From assembly GCA_964619725.1 (NCBI GenBank), contig CAZUFC010000034.1, positions 1 to 64,000 of the forward strand: a DNA stretch of 64,000 nt, in the 5' to 3' direction. The notes below the pieces were generated by a model. It saw nothing but the letters and a program-made list of their open reading frames with translations, was not told the origin of the DNA and made no database searches. This DNA is from an uncultured bacterium. Its GTDB lineage: Bacteria; CSSED10-310; CAZUFC01. Of this stretch, positions 13,701 through 28,700 are shown one piece after another. The position numbers and the translations under genes are program-made. Each line of letters opens with the position of its first letter. Position 1 is the stretch's first letter.

Positions 13701-16700
13701 TGAGGATAGCGTCTGACGGTTCGTTGCCCTGGGGGATAAATGGATTGGCATTAGGCATTTATGAATCAAACTGGGGATACTGCATCAGGGGAACGGAATG
13801 CGCTGAAGGTTCGAGCGGCGTGCTGGCTCTCTGGGTAGATTCGAGAACGGGTTCCAACAAATTATATGTAATGGGCATCGACTACAACGGCATGTATGGT
13901 AATCCATGTTCCTCTTTAGCCACCTCCACGCCGATACCTGCTTCGCCTTCGCCGGAGCCGCCGACAATTACTCCGGTTAATCCGACCCAAACGCCTGTTC
14001 CTCCGTCTCCGACTGAAGTTCCGCCGACAGCGACGGAAGCGCCCCCCACGCCTGATCCCGGCGCCGGCGGACCGCCTGAATTCGGCGAAAAGGCAGAGAT
14101 TCTCCGGGATGCGCAGTGCGTGCATGACGGTGAAACGCGACACCATTTATCCGTCACTGACTGGGACGCTGACGGCAAGCTGGACTTACTGACCGGTCTG
14201 GGCGACGGCAGGGTCAGCCTGTGTCTGAACGACGGAACCGTGAATGCGCCGCACCTGCAGGCGAGCGCGTTCGTAACCAGAGGACAATACGGCGGCGTCG
14301 AAATAGACGTGGGCGAGGACGCAGCGCCGATTTATTATGACTGGAATGCCGACGGCAAGCGTGATCTGCTCGTTGGAAAATATATGGGCAGGGTAGCGTA
14401 TTACGAGAACCTGGGAATGGACGACAGCCCGCTTTTCGATCTGGCGGAAGATATGACTGCGGGATACGGGCTTCTGGACGTGGGAAATAATTCGACGCCT
14501 TTTGCGGTCGACTGGAACAACGACGGCAAGGACGACCTGCTGGTAGGATCAGCAGACGGTTATGTCACTCTCTTCACTAATACGGGAACTAATGGAGCGC
14601 CGGAACTGGATGCGGGCGTGAATCTGCAGGCAGGCTACGGAGTTCTGGATGCGGGTTCGCTGGCTGCTCCTTATGTGGTCGATTGGAATGTCGACGGCAA
14701 AAAGGACCTGGTAGTAACGACGTCCGAAGCTCCTTACAGGATGGTTTTATATCAGAATGAGGGAACCGATGCAGCGCCTCAACTGGGCGACGGCGTGGTT
14801 CTGTATGACATCGACAGCCCGGTGGTTCTTTCCTCCGGCACAGGCTGGGATTTCGCGGACCTGAACGGGGATGCCCTGGATGACCTGGCGATAGTCGCGA
14901 ACGACGGCGCGGCAATGTATTATCCGAATTATGGAACGAACAATTCCCGCAGTTACACGGAATCGCTTTTCATCCCCGGCGCGAACATGTCGCATATATT
15001 CAAAAAGCCGAAAGCGCCCAGGGCGATCGATTGGGATGAGGACGGACTGAAGGACCTGCTGATAAGTGCGGGCAACCAGGGACGTCATTACGTGATATTC
15101 AATTCGGGAACGCCCGGGAGTCCGGTATTCAGCAAACAGAAACTGTTGACGACGATATCAGGAGATCACATCGGACTGGATGTTTACTACAAGAGTCCCG
15201 AAGTTATCGATTGGGACAACGACGGCAAGAAGGACCTTCTGGTCACTAAAATGCCGTCCGGCTGGGTGCAGGGATACACTTACCTTTATTTGAACCAGGG
15301 AGAGAATTACGAGCCGGAATTCGGCGATCCCCAGTTATTGACCATGATGGGTTATGCGCCGCTGGGTTATTCGGCCATGGGCGTCGAGACAGCCGACTGG
15401 AACGAGGACGGCAAGAAGGACGTGCTGATGGGCAGACATATGAACTGGGGCTGCGGATATTTTCAGTCTGCGTTTTTGAATGAAGGCACGGATGCTTCGC
15501 CGTACCTGGGTTATTTCAGCATCTTGAAGGTGCAAACGAGACCGATGTACGGCAATCTTTTCGCCAGTCCTCATGTCTGGGACTATGAAGAAGACGGCGA
15601 TCCGGACATCATCATTAATGACCCGGACGACGGTAAGTATCTCAATAAATACACGAACCAGGGTTACGGGTCCGTGATGCCGACGCTTGAGGATTCCGGA
15701 AGGCTGGAAGCTTCATACGGTTATGTGCAGGGCGGATACTTGACGTTTCCGGACGTAACGGACTGGAACGAAGACGGCAGAAAAGACCTCATCCTTGGTC
15801 AGAACGGCGGCATATACCATTATTTGAACACTCAGACGACCCGAACGTCGCCTGCGGAATTGCATGATTTTGAAGTGACGGCAGTGGAGACTGACTCCAT
15901 AACTCTCGGTTGGACAGACCCGAGCGAATCCGACATCAAGGGAGTCATGATCGTGCGGTCCGGCGTGCCTATAGACTGGCGGCCTTCCGACAGGCAGCAT
16001 TACCATGTGACTCCGGGCGTAGAGGTATCGCCGGGAGTGGAAGTAGTTTACCATGCGGAAGCTGAGAAAAACGGCAAGGGATGGTTTGAAGACACCGGTC
16101 TGCAGTTGGGCAAGACATATTATTACCGTATATTTGCATATGATCGCGTCCTTCCGGCCTATTCCAGGCAGGGCGTACAGGCGTATGCGGTAACGGGAGA
16201 ACCGACAGCCACGCCTGTACCTCCGACAGAAACAGCGGTTCCGCCTTCGCCGTCGCCTGTAGAGCCGACGGTATCGCCGGTTCCGGCAACGCCGACTATT
16301 ACAATACCGACGCCGGTCCCCGGAGCAGCCGGACCTCCGGAGTTTTCAGCGCCCTATGCGATTGTTAAGAAGGCGCAGCCTGTAAGTCCGGGAAATCAAG
16401 GTTTCAATTTATGCGTCACCGACTGGAACGATGACGGCAAGTTAGACCTGCTGGCGGGTATGGGCACCGGAAATCTAAGGTTATGTTTAAACGACGGTAC
16501 AGAAACTGAACCGCACCTGGCCGGTTGCTCGATGGTATCCACCAATTACGGTTATCTGAGCGTAGGCGGCAATGCTGCTCCTGTCCATCATGATTGGAAC
16601 GATGACGGCGTAAGAGATTTACTGATAGGAAATTCAAGCGGAATGGTCACTTATTACGTGAATCTTGGAACAGAAGCAGCGCCTGAATTCGGTTATGGAG

Positions 16701-19700
16701 TGAGTCTGGAGGCCGGTTACGACTGGCTCGACGTGGGTCAGGACGCCAAACCCTTTGTAGAGGATTGGGACAATGACGGCAATGACGACCTTCTGGTCGG
16801 CTCCTTCGCAGGCTATGTTTATCTTTTCATGAACGTAGGAACCGCGGGCTCTCCGCAGCTTGATGCCGGGACTCCTCTCCAGGCGGGTTATAACACGATT
16901 GACGCAGGCGCAGAAGCGAATCCCTGGGTTACTGACTGGAACGGCGACGGCAAAAAAGACCTGATTGTTTCCACAAGAAGCAAACCCTATAGAATGTTTC
17001 TTTATGAGAACAATGGTACGGACGCTGCTCCTTCATTCGATTCGGAAACGGCCTTGTATGATGAGGGCGACAAAGTCGTCTTGTCTAAATTGATGGGATG
17101 GTCGTTCGCTGACATGAACGGAGACGAAAATGAGGACCTGGCGGTTCTGTCCAACATAGGCAGCGCCATGTATTACCCGAATCACGGTACCGACGCATCC
17201 AGGATTTACGAGGATGCTCTCTATATTGAAGGAGATCAGGACGCTTCCATGTTCGGAATACTGGGGATTCCCAGAGTCGTTGATTGGGATGAAGACGGGT
17301 TGAAAGATTTATTCATGGCGATCCGGGGCAACGGACGTCACTACGTGATTTTCAACTCCGGGACGAACGGGTCACCTGAATTCCGCAGCCAGGAACACAT
17401 AACGACGACGACAGGTCGAAAGATCGGCTTCGGTTGGTATCAGAGTCCCGAAATCGTCGACTGGAACGACGACGGCAAAAAAGACCTTCTGATAACGAAG
17501 CTTCCCGATGGTTATGTCGGCATGGGCTTCACTTATCTCTATATGAACACGGGCGAAAATTACGATCCGCAATTCGGTGATCCGCAGATAATCTATTCTG
17601 ATGGGTATACTCCTTTGGGCAGATTCCCTGTCGCCGTAGAGACAGCCGATTGGGACTCAGACGGCAAGAAGGACGTACTGGAAACGCTTATGGGCAACAA
17701 CGCTTCCTATCCCGTAGCTTTTATCAATAATGGAACGGATGAATCGCCGCAATTCGACGTTTTTTCCTTTGATATGCTCATACCTGACCAGTCCGGCCCC
17801 ATCTTGGGCAGCATATTCTCCAATCCGCGCGTTTGGGATTACGAGGAGGATGGTGACCCTGATCTTGCTTTTTCAACCTGGGTTGACGATACTTTCGTTA
17901 AGCTATCGAACTTCGTCAATTTGGGGCCGGGTTATATGAATCTGCCTACATTACTGGATTGCGGAGCGCTGGAATCAGTTTTAGGACCGATTGAAGCGCC
18001 CATGGTGATCATACCGGAAATTACGGATTGGAATGAAGACGGCAAAAAAGACCTTTTAATGGGTAATTTCAACGCTATGTATGCCATGATGAATGTTCAA
18101 GCGGAACAGACATCGCCGGCTGAAGTCACCGATTTCAGCGTAGTCGGTACGGATACCGACGAGATAAGCCTGACCTGGACGGAACCCGACGACATTGACT
18201 ATGCCGGAGCGATCATCGTGCGATCCGAATCGCCCATCGTATGGCGTCCATCCGACCGACAGCATTATCATATGTACGGTGGAGCGGAAGTTTCACCAGG
18301 GGTGGAAGTGATTTACAGCTCTAACACTGCGAAGGGCGATAAAGGTTCCTGGACCGATACGGGGCTTGATCCCGGCACGACGTATTATTATCGAGCATTC
18401 ACTTTCGACCTGGTGTTGCCCTCGTATTCCGTCAACGGCGTGGAAATATCCGCCGCCACTTTAGCGTATACTCCAACGTCGATTCCGCCTTCTCCTACGC
18501 CCGTACCGACAGCTTCGCCGGCGCCTCTTGCAAATCTGCTCATTGGCAGCCAGGATATACGATTTGTACCGGTATTTCCTGACCAGGGCGAGGAAGTAAC
18601 GATTGAGGCAACGGTGCACAATTACGGCGATTCAGCTTCCGGCGAATGCCTGGTGCGTTTCTTTGCCGACTACGGCGCGGGACCGCTGCAGATCGGTACG
18701 GATCAGGTTCTGCCGGCATTGGCGCCGGATGAAAGCGGGAGCGTCACTATGAACTGGACGGCCGTCTGCGATACGTTCATCACTGTAACGGCAGACATTC
18801 TGGACGAGGTTGCGGAATCTAATGAGACGGATAATTCCGGATCGAGAAACGTTCCCATCGTTTATTGTCCGGGAGCGGTAACAGTGACGTTGGCGCCGGA
18901 GATGCTGACTGGGGCTGTGGGTACGGAAGCTGAATTCGACATCACCGTAGTCAACGGCAACCTGGGTCCGGATACGTTCGATCTGGTCGTCACGGGCTCT
19001 TTACCTCAGAACTGGTATGAACTTGATACGGATCAGCTTGTCTTGAATGCAGGAGCGACAGGCGAAGCGGAACTGACCGTTTCGATCCCGGACGATTGCG
19101 GAGCTATAGGCGCGTATAATTTCGAAATCGTAGCCATCTCCTCGGCGTTGGGAATGAATTTCACGGACGATGCGGTTCTTGAAGCTACTTCGGACGTTGC
19201 CGTAACCGAACGGCATCCTGTTGACGGAACGATTTCAGGAAGCCGCGACGTATCCTTCATCTGGCATACTTCCGGCATGTCGGACTGCACGTTGTATTAT
19301 CGCGAACAGGGCGCCGGCACGTGGAGCGAAATCGAGCTTTTGACGCTTGCCATGAACCATCATGCAGAAGTTGAGAATCTTGAGCGTAACACGGTTTACG
19401 AATGGTATGTGCAGGCCGATTCGACATGCGGAACGGTTGATTCGGCAGTCTGGACGTTCACGGTCGGCAACGGCGTTGTTTTCGATACAGACGTATACCA
19501 GTTCACTGTTGAACGAGACTATGACCAGCATGCTTCCGTGACGGTATACAACGAAGACGACGTGGAGCATGAGATAGAGCTGCATATTACGAATCCGAAC
19601 GATGAATTGATCGTGAACTTCGTCGGTCCGGGAAGCGAAGATGAAACGATATTCCTGGCGCCGGGAGAAACAGAAGAAGTCGAGCTCGTGGTTCATGCGC

Positions 19701-22700
19701 AGGATGTGGAGAGAGCGAACCAGACGAAAGACAACCAGGTAGTATTCGAGAATCTCGTCATCACATTAACGGCTGATGAAGGGACGCAACCCATCACGGA
19801 TGCTTCGCCCGCTGAGGTCAGCGTCAACTGGCCCCTGGTAGATTTCAGCATGACGGAAGAAAGCGAAGACCCGGTTACCCTGGTAAAGACGACATTGTTG
19901 TCCAATGCCGGCGATCCTTTGACCGACGTCAGGGTCCAGCCGGAAGGCGAGCTGCTGGATAAAGTCATTTTCCTGCCTCATATGGATCACGGCAAACTGA
20001 ATACCGGCGAATCTCTCGAAGTGAAAGTCGAACCGGTCTTCCAACCGGGAGTAAACTCTATCACGGGTAATTTGAAAGCGACGGCCGCTGATGAGACAGT
20101 CTCCCTGCCGGTGACCTTCCAGTGCGATCCTCCGAAATCGCTTTATGAAGTGGTTGTGGAGGGCTCCGAATATTGTTACTCGATGGCTGACTGGTTCTGT
20201 ACCAATCGTCCGACGATACGGATGAGCTTCAACGTATCATCTGTTTTAATAGAAAACGTGGAAACGGCAGTCATTTACACGTCGTTTGATCCACGGTCGG
20301 ACGTCAGGCCGCATGACGTAGACCTTTACATCAACAATCATCTTATAGGCGAATTGAACGACATCGTACCCAGCGGAACTTACGGGTTCGCTTTTGATCC
20401 GGGGATACTCAACACCAATCCGACAGGAACGGCATCCAACAGCTTCACCATCATCACTCACCATTTCAACGGCGGGCATTACGTCGTATCAACGAATTCC
20501 CTGGTCTACCTGCAGCTTGAATCTTCGACGCATCATTTCTGTGCGGAGGACCAGACGCAGGCGGATGCTATCGGAGCTCTGATGCCGCACGTATGCGATG
20601 AGTTTACCTTCGATCTTGATCCGAGAGTGCAATCGGTCAGCATACTGGATGACGGCGATTCGCCGACGGGAGTATTCTTCCCTGGTGAAACGGTTCAGGT
20701 GAAGGTGAGGGCTGAGAATCCGCATCCCGTTTACGGATTCGATGTCGTATATACATTGAAAATAGACACGGACGGCGACACGGGAACGGTGGAATGGAAC
20801 AGCCATGATGAAGGCGAAGACTGGAATGTCGAGATACCTCATAACAACGAGGCGTTCCATTCGTGGTACTGGACTGTTCCTTCAGGCTCTCCGACGATTC
20901 AACTGACCGTGGAAGCGCACGATGCGAACGATTACGAAGGAACGATCTATGATGAGCCTGGCTGGTTGTGGAATTTCGATGTAGGCGGCGGCATAACGGG
21001 TTACGTGCACGATGCGGTATCGGGCGATCCTATAGTCGGGGCATCGGTAACGGCGAGCGGCGGCTATCACGACGTCGACGGAACGGACGGCACGGGATAT
21101 TATGAGATAGAACGATTGCCGAACGGGACTTACGACGTGACGGCAGGCTCTCCGGGATATACGGCGCAGACGATACAGGATGTGTCGATATCCGGCGCGG
21201 TAATAACCGGTCAGAACTTCGATCTTTACATCCCCACGCCGACCATGACGCCGACGGTAACGATGACGCCCACGATAACCATGACTCCGACCATAACCAT
21301 GACGCCGACGGTGACGTTGACGCCGACAGTAACGGAAACGCCGACGCTGAGTCCCACCTGGACGCCGACTCCATTGTCGAGCGCCACGCCGACTCCGACG
21401 GCCAGCAGCACGCCTACAGCTACCGGCACGCCGACGGATACGCCTCTGCCCGCTCCTGATCTTTCGATCCTTAACCAGGATATCAGTTTCGATCCGAATT
21501 ATCCGGAAGACGGTGAGGAAGCGACGGTTTCTGTTGAGGTATTTAATACCGGCAACCTGGCGTCCTCTGAATGTGCAGTGCGGTTCTTTGCGGATTACGG
21601 TTCAGGACCGCTGCAGATCGGCGCTGATCAGACCATAGGGGCGCTTGATCCTGATGAATCGACCTCCGTCGACCTTACCTGGACGGCCGTATGCGATGCC
21701 GTTATCAGCGTAACCGCTGATGCATTGGATGAGGTGGCGGAATCGAACGAATCGAACAACACGGGCGAACGGCATGCTCCGATCAAGTACTGCCCGCAGT
21801 CTGTCGCTCTCGACATGACGCCGGAGACTGATACCGCCACAGTAGGAACGACCCGCGAATTCATTATTTCAATATATAATGAGAACCGCGGCCCCGACAC
21901 ATTCTCGCTGCTGGTGACGGGCGCTTTGCCCGGCACGTGGCAACAACTGGATAAGGTCGAACTTGCGTTGAACGCGGGTGAAACCGGCACAGCCGTTTTA
22001 ACGGTAACGATTCCCGACGACTGCGGAGCGATCGGTTCTTATGCGTTCCAGATAGTCGCCCATTCACAGCAGCTTGGCGTAAATTTCACGGATGAGTCCA
22101 CGCTGGATGTTGTAGGCGACGTGACCATAACGCAACGGCACCCTGAAAACGGAGTAACCGTCGGCGGTCGCGACGTCACGTTCAGTTGTCTGACGTCTGC
22201 GGAATCCGATACGACGCTGTATTATCGTGAACAGGGGGCCGGGGAATGGATTGAAGCGGCTGTAGATGAAGATGCTGACGTGCATCAGAAGGAAATTGAA
22301 AACCTAGTCAGGAACTCCACGTACGAATGGTATATTCATGCTGAATCGCTTTGCGGGACAGTCGATTCAAGCGTCTGGACCTTTACGGTCGGAAACGGCG
22401 TTCTGTTCAGCCAGGACAGCTACGCCTTCACGGTCGACCGCGATTACGATCAGCATGTCCAGGTTGGAGTCTACAACCAGGATGTTACGGCTCATCAGGT
22501 AGAGCTGCACATCACTAATCCTAACGATGACCTGATAGTCAATTTCATCGGACCGGGCAGCGAGGATGAAACCGTCATCCTGGAACCCGGCGAAACCAGG
22601 GACATAGAGCTGGTTATTCACGCTCAGGACGTCCAGGCGGACGAGCAGGCCGGCGAGGTCTGTTTTAACAATACCGTTTTTACGCTGACCGCTGACGAAG

Positions 22701-25700
22701 ACGGCGATCCCATCACTGATTCTGCGCCGTCATCGATCTGCGTAACCTGGCCGGTGGTCGATTTCCTCATGACGGTTGAGGATGAGGACCCGGTTACTCT
22801 TGTGAAAACGTTAAGGGTCGCCAACAACGGCGATCCGTTAACCGATCTGTCCGTGACGGCTCACAGCGGCTTATTAGGTCGCGTGCTCTTCATACCGGTA
22901 ATCGATCATTATCTGTTGAGCGCTTCATCGCACGTGGATTTCGAGCTTGAACCGCTGTTCCAGCCCGGTGATACGTCCTTGTCAGGCGAATTGAAGGCTA
23001 CGGCGGCCGGAGAGGAATACGAGCTGCCTGTGTCGTTTGCCTGCGATGCGCCCAAGTCGATTTACCAGGTAACCATTCCGGGATCGGAATACTGTTACCC
23101 CCTGGCGGCCTGGTTCTGCACGAACCGGCCGAACATTTCCATGGGATTCCATACTTCGGTCAACCTGGAGGATATCGACACAGCGGTCGTTTACACGACT
23201 TTCCAACCTCGTTCAGGCGTAAGGCCGCATTTCATCGATCTTTACATTAACGGTCATCTGATCGGCGAATTGAACGACATCATACCCGACGGGACTTACG
23301 GCTTTGCGTTCGATGCGGGTCATCTGCACTTTAATCCCAACGGATCGGCCCATAATACCTTCTCTATCAGGACGCAGCACTTCAACGGCGGTCATTACGT
23401 CGTTTCGACCAGTTCTCTGGCAGTGTTGATCCTGGATTCGACCACGGGTTACGTGTGTGCGGAAAGCCAGGCCCAGGCAGACAGCCTGGCGCTGACCTTC
23501 CCTCATTTCTGCGACGACATTACATTCGATCTCGATCCCAGGGTCCACACGGTACGCATTCTGGACGTCAACGGTCAGCCGACCGGCACGTTCTATCCCG
23601 GCGAAACGGTTCAGATAAAGGTGCGAGCTGAGAATCCGCATCCCATAGATACTTACGATACGACTTACACCTTGAAGGCGGATACCGACGGCGACACGGG
23701 AACAGTCGAATGGAACAGTCATGATGAAGGCGAAGATTGGGTCGTCTCATTAGATCACAATGCCGATATGGTTTACTCCTTCTACTGGACTGTGCCTTCC
23801 GGTTCGCCGACTGTCCAGTTCAAGATTGAAGCGCATGATACGAACGATTACGAAGGGACGATATACGATGAAACCGGTTGGGACTACCTGATACATGTCG
23901 GCGGCGGCATAACCGGTTATGTAAGGGACGGCGCTTCTTTCGATCCGATTGAAGGAGCAACGGTAACGGCAAGCGGCGGGTATCACGATCCTGACGGAAC
24001 GGATACGTCCGGGTATTACAATGTGGAACGATTGCCGAACGGAACGTATAACGTGACGGCTGGAGCTGCGGGATACGCTCCGCAGACGCAGACCGGTCTT
24101 GAAGTGTCCGGCGACATTCTCGTCAACCAGGATTTCTTCCTGCTGACGCCGACCGCAACATTGACGCCGACTCTGAGTCCGACGCCGACGGTTACCCTGA
24201 CCCCGACGGTTTCACCTACGCCTACGATCACGCAGACGCCGACCATCTCACCCACGCCGACCCTCAGTCCAACCCGAACGCCTACGGTTCAATCCACTTC
24301 GACGCCTTCTCCGACGGCCAGCTTCACGCCCAGTCCGAGCGCTACGCCGACCGATTCGCCTACGCCTGCGCCCGACCTGGTTATAACCAGCCAGGATATC
24401 GGATTCGATCCCTCCTATCCTGAAGAAATGGAATCGACCACGCTGTCAGCTACGGTTCATAACTATGGCGATGCCGTATCCGGCGAATTTTCGGTAAGAT
24501 TCTACGTCGATTACGGCGGAGGATTGCGTCACGTAGGTTCCGATCAACCCGTCGGACCGCTGGCGCCGGACGAATCGGCAACAGTCACGGAAAGTTGGAT
24601 AGCCGCCTGCGACAGCATCGTTTACGCAGTTGCAGACATTGACGAAGAAGTGCCGGAAACGAATGAATCCAATAATACCGGTCAAATCGAAGCGCCTCTT
24701 CTCTACTGTCCGCAGGCAGTTGCTATCGATCTTTCTCCTGAATTGAGAACGAAAAACGTCGGAACTGTAACCGAATATACGATTACAATTGAAAACGGGA
24801 ACCTCGGACAGGATACCTTCGATCTTGTAGTCACAGGAGCGCTCCCGCAAGCCTGGTACCAATTCGACGTCGACCAGTTAATTTTGACCGCCGGCGACAC
24901 GGGAACAGCCGAACTGACGGTTGAGATACCCGATGATTGCGCGCACCTGGGAACCTACGTGTTCCAGGTTGTTGCAAGCTCCCGCGAACTTGCGAATAAC
25001 TATGTCGACGAATCGACCCTGGAAGTGGTCAGCGATATCTCAATTACGCAACGTCATCCGGCTGACGGAACTACCACGGGAAGCCGCGACGTTATGTTTA
25101 GTTGGCAGACTTCAGCGGCGGCCGACTGCACCTTGTATTACAGGGTGCAGGGAGCTGGAACCTGGAACGAGATTGCGGTATCCGAGAGTGAGACCAATCA
25201 TCAGTATGAAGCGATCGGACTGGACCGTAATGAATCTTATGAATGGTATATCCATGCGGCATCCCTCTGCGGCGACACTGATTCGTCGGTCCGCAGCTTC
25301 TCGGTCGGCAACGGCATAGTCTTCACTCAGAACACATACCAGTTCACCGTGGAACGCGATTACGATCAGCCTGTCTGGATCGGCGTTTATAATCAGGACG
25401 TCGTGGCTCATACGGTTGTATTGAACATCGATAATCCCAATGATGACCTTATCGTTAATTTCGTCGGTCCCGGCAGCGAGGATGAGACGATCACGCTGCT
25501 TCCCGGAGAAAACCGCGATATCGAGCTGGTGATTCATGCCCAGGATATAGAGGCGAATGAGCTGCTTGGGGAGGTATGTTTCGACGATCTCGTCATAACG
25601 TTGACTGCAGATGAAGCGGGTGAACCTATTACGGATTCGGCTCCGACGACGATATGCGTCGAATGGCCGGTCATTGATTTTCTGCTGACCGAAGAGTCCG

Positions 25701-28700
25701 AAGAGCCTTATACGCTGGTTAAGACCATGCAGGTGACGAACAACGGCGATCTGTTGACGGATATGACCGTAACGGCGGAAGATGATCTGCTGGGAAGAGT
25801 CCTGTTCGTGCCCGTGATCGAGCATACCCGGTTAGAGAGCGGAGAGCATCATGATTTTCTGCTGGAACCTCTGTTTGAAATCGGCGAAAACACCTTATCG
25901 GGAACATTGCGCGCCGCTTCTGCAGGACAGGATGAGACGCTGGCGGTGAGTTTCAATTGCGAAGCTCCGAATTCGACTTATGAAGCGCTGGCTCCGGGAG
26001 CGGAAACATGTTACTCCATGGCCGGATGGTTCTGTACCAATCGCCCGAACATAAGCATGCGATTCCATGTAACTCTGGGCAACGAACCAGTGGAACAGGC
26101 GGCGGTTTATCTCAATATCACGCCCAGAAGACATCCGCCGAGACCTCACAACGTCAGGGCTTACATCAACAACCACCTGGTGGGCGAATTGCTGAACATG
26201 ATACCGAACGGCGTTTATGCTTTCGGATTCGACCCCGGCATATTGAATATCAGTCCCGGCGGCACAGCGACCAATAAATTGAGCATAATAACGCAGCATT
26301 ATAATGGCGGTCACTACTCCGTCACCACGAACAACCTGGTGGTGCTGCGCCTGGGTCCGAGCCTGGTCAGACTCTGCGCGGAAAGCCAGGAACAGGCTGA
26401 TGCCCTGGCTGCGACGCTGCCTCATTTCTGCGATCCGCCGAATTTCGATCTTGATCCCCGGGTACAATCAGTGCAGATACGCACGTCGGACGGACAGAGC
26501 GTCAACACCTTCTATCCGGGCGAAGACGTCAAGATAACTGTCAGGGCTGAAAACCCGCATCCTCTGGACACCTACCATGTCGCTTACACGCTGAAGATAG
26601 ACACTGACGGCGACACCGGCACGGTCGAATGGAACAGTCATGATGCGGGAGAGGATCGCGAAATCGTCCTGGAGCATAACGATCACGGATTCGTCACCTG
26701 GTACTGGCCGGTTCCCGGCGGAACGTCTCAGGTTACCCTTACGGTCGAAGCGCACGATGCCGACGATTACGAAGGAACGATCTATGACGGACCCGGATGG
26801 AACTGGGGATTCGCCGTCGGAGGCGGCATCACTGGTTATGTCAGGGACGGCGGCGATTACGATCCCATCGAGGATGCTTCTGTAACGGCAAGCGGCGGAT
26901 ACGGCGATCCGGACGGTACGGACAGTTCAGGATATTATGAACTGATGCGCGTGCCCAACGGGATGTATAACGTTACGGCAGGAGCCGCAGGATATGCGCC
27001 GTCGACTCTGGCCGGTCTGGAAATACAGAGCGAAGTGCTTGTAAATCAGGATTTCTACCTGCTGACGCCGACAGCGACGCTTACGCCGACCATTACTCCA
27101 ACCCCGACCGTCACTCTTACCCCTACTTCATCGCCTTCTCCCACCATCACCATGACCCCGACTCTCTCGCCCACGCCCACGCTTTCGCCGACTCCCACGC
27201 TCTCACCTACTCGAACGCCTACAGTGCCGTGGACGCCTTCACCGACGCCGACGGCCAGCAGCACGCCGACAGCCAGTCCGTTACCGACCGATACGCCGAC
27301 TCCGGCTCCTGACCTGGCAGTACGCGATCAGGATATCGGTTTCGATCCGGCTCAACCCGAAGAAGGCGCTGAAGTTACGTTAAGCGCTACGGTATGGAAC
27401 TTCGGGAACCTGACATCTGACGCATGCACAATCCGGTTCTATGCGGATTATGGTTCAGGACCGTTGCAGATCGGCGACGATCAGACTATAACTCCTTTAA
27501 CGCCCGATACGTCCGATACTGTGACGGTAGAATGGATTGCGGTATGCGATGCCGTAATCTCCGCCACAGTCGACGTGCTGGATGAAGTTGCCGAATCGAA
27601 CGAATCGAACAACACCGGAGAACGGGTCGCTCCGATTCCGTATTGTCCGCAGGCCGTCACGCTGTCGGTCACGCCGGAAACCCTGACCAGGCCGGTCGGC
27701 ACACAAGCGAATTTCAACATTTCCCTGTTCAACGGCAACCTGGCGCCGGATACTTTCGATCTGGTCCTGACGGGTTCGCTGCCGGGCGGCTGGTATGAAT
27801 TCGATCCGGAAGCGCTGGAACTGAATGCAGGCGAAACGGGATACGCCACGCTCGAAGTCGTCATACCCGACGATTGCGGCGTTATCGGCGATTATCCCTT
27901 CCAGATCGTCGGCATGTCTCAGCAGATGGGACAAAACTACACGGACGATGCTCAACTGGATGTCGTCAGTGAAGTTACGGTCTCCCTGCGACATCCTGCG
28001 AACGGCACGACTGTCGGCGGCAGGGACGTCATGTTCAGTTGGCAGACTTCCGCAGATTCCGATACGACGCTGTATTACAGGGAACAGGGAACGGGCGGAT
28101 GGACATCCGTAAGCGCCGGCGACGATGCGACCATTCATCAGGTTGAAATAACTGACCTGGATCGCAATAAAACTTACGAATGGTATATCGACGTCGATTC
28201 GCTCTGCGGGTCTCTTACCTCGAATACCTGGACGTTCGCCGTTGGAAACGGCGTCCTGTTCTCACAAAGCACGTACAATTTCACTGTAGATCGCGATTAC
28301 GACCAGCATGTCATGGTCAACGTGTACAATGAAGACGTCGTGGCTCATGAAGTAGAGCTGCACATTGAGAATCCCAACGATGACCTTATCGTTAATTTCG
28401 TCGGTCCGGGCAGTGAAGATGAAACGGTCGTCATGGCGCCCGGCGAAAACAGGGATATCGAGCTGGTCATCCATGCACAGGATGTCCAGGCTGATGAACT
28501 TGCCGGCGAGATATGTTTCGACAACACGGTATTGACATTGACGGCAGATGAAGAAGGCGATCCGATCACTGATTCGGCTCCTTCGACGATCTGCGTGACC
28601 TGGCCGGTGATCGATTTCGCACTGACCCAGGAAAGCGAAGACCCGGTAACCCTGGTCAAGTCGATGCGTGTAACGAACAACGGCGATCCGTTGACCGACA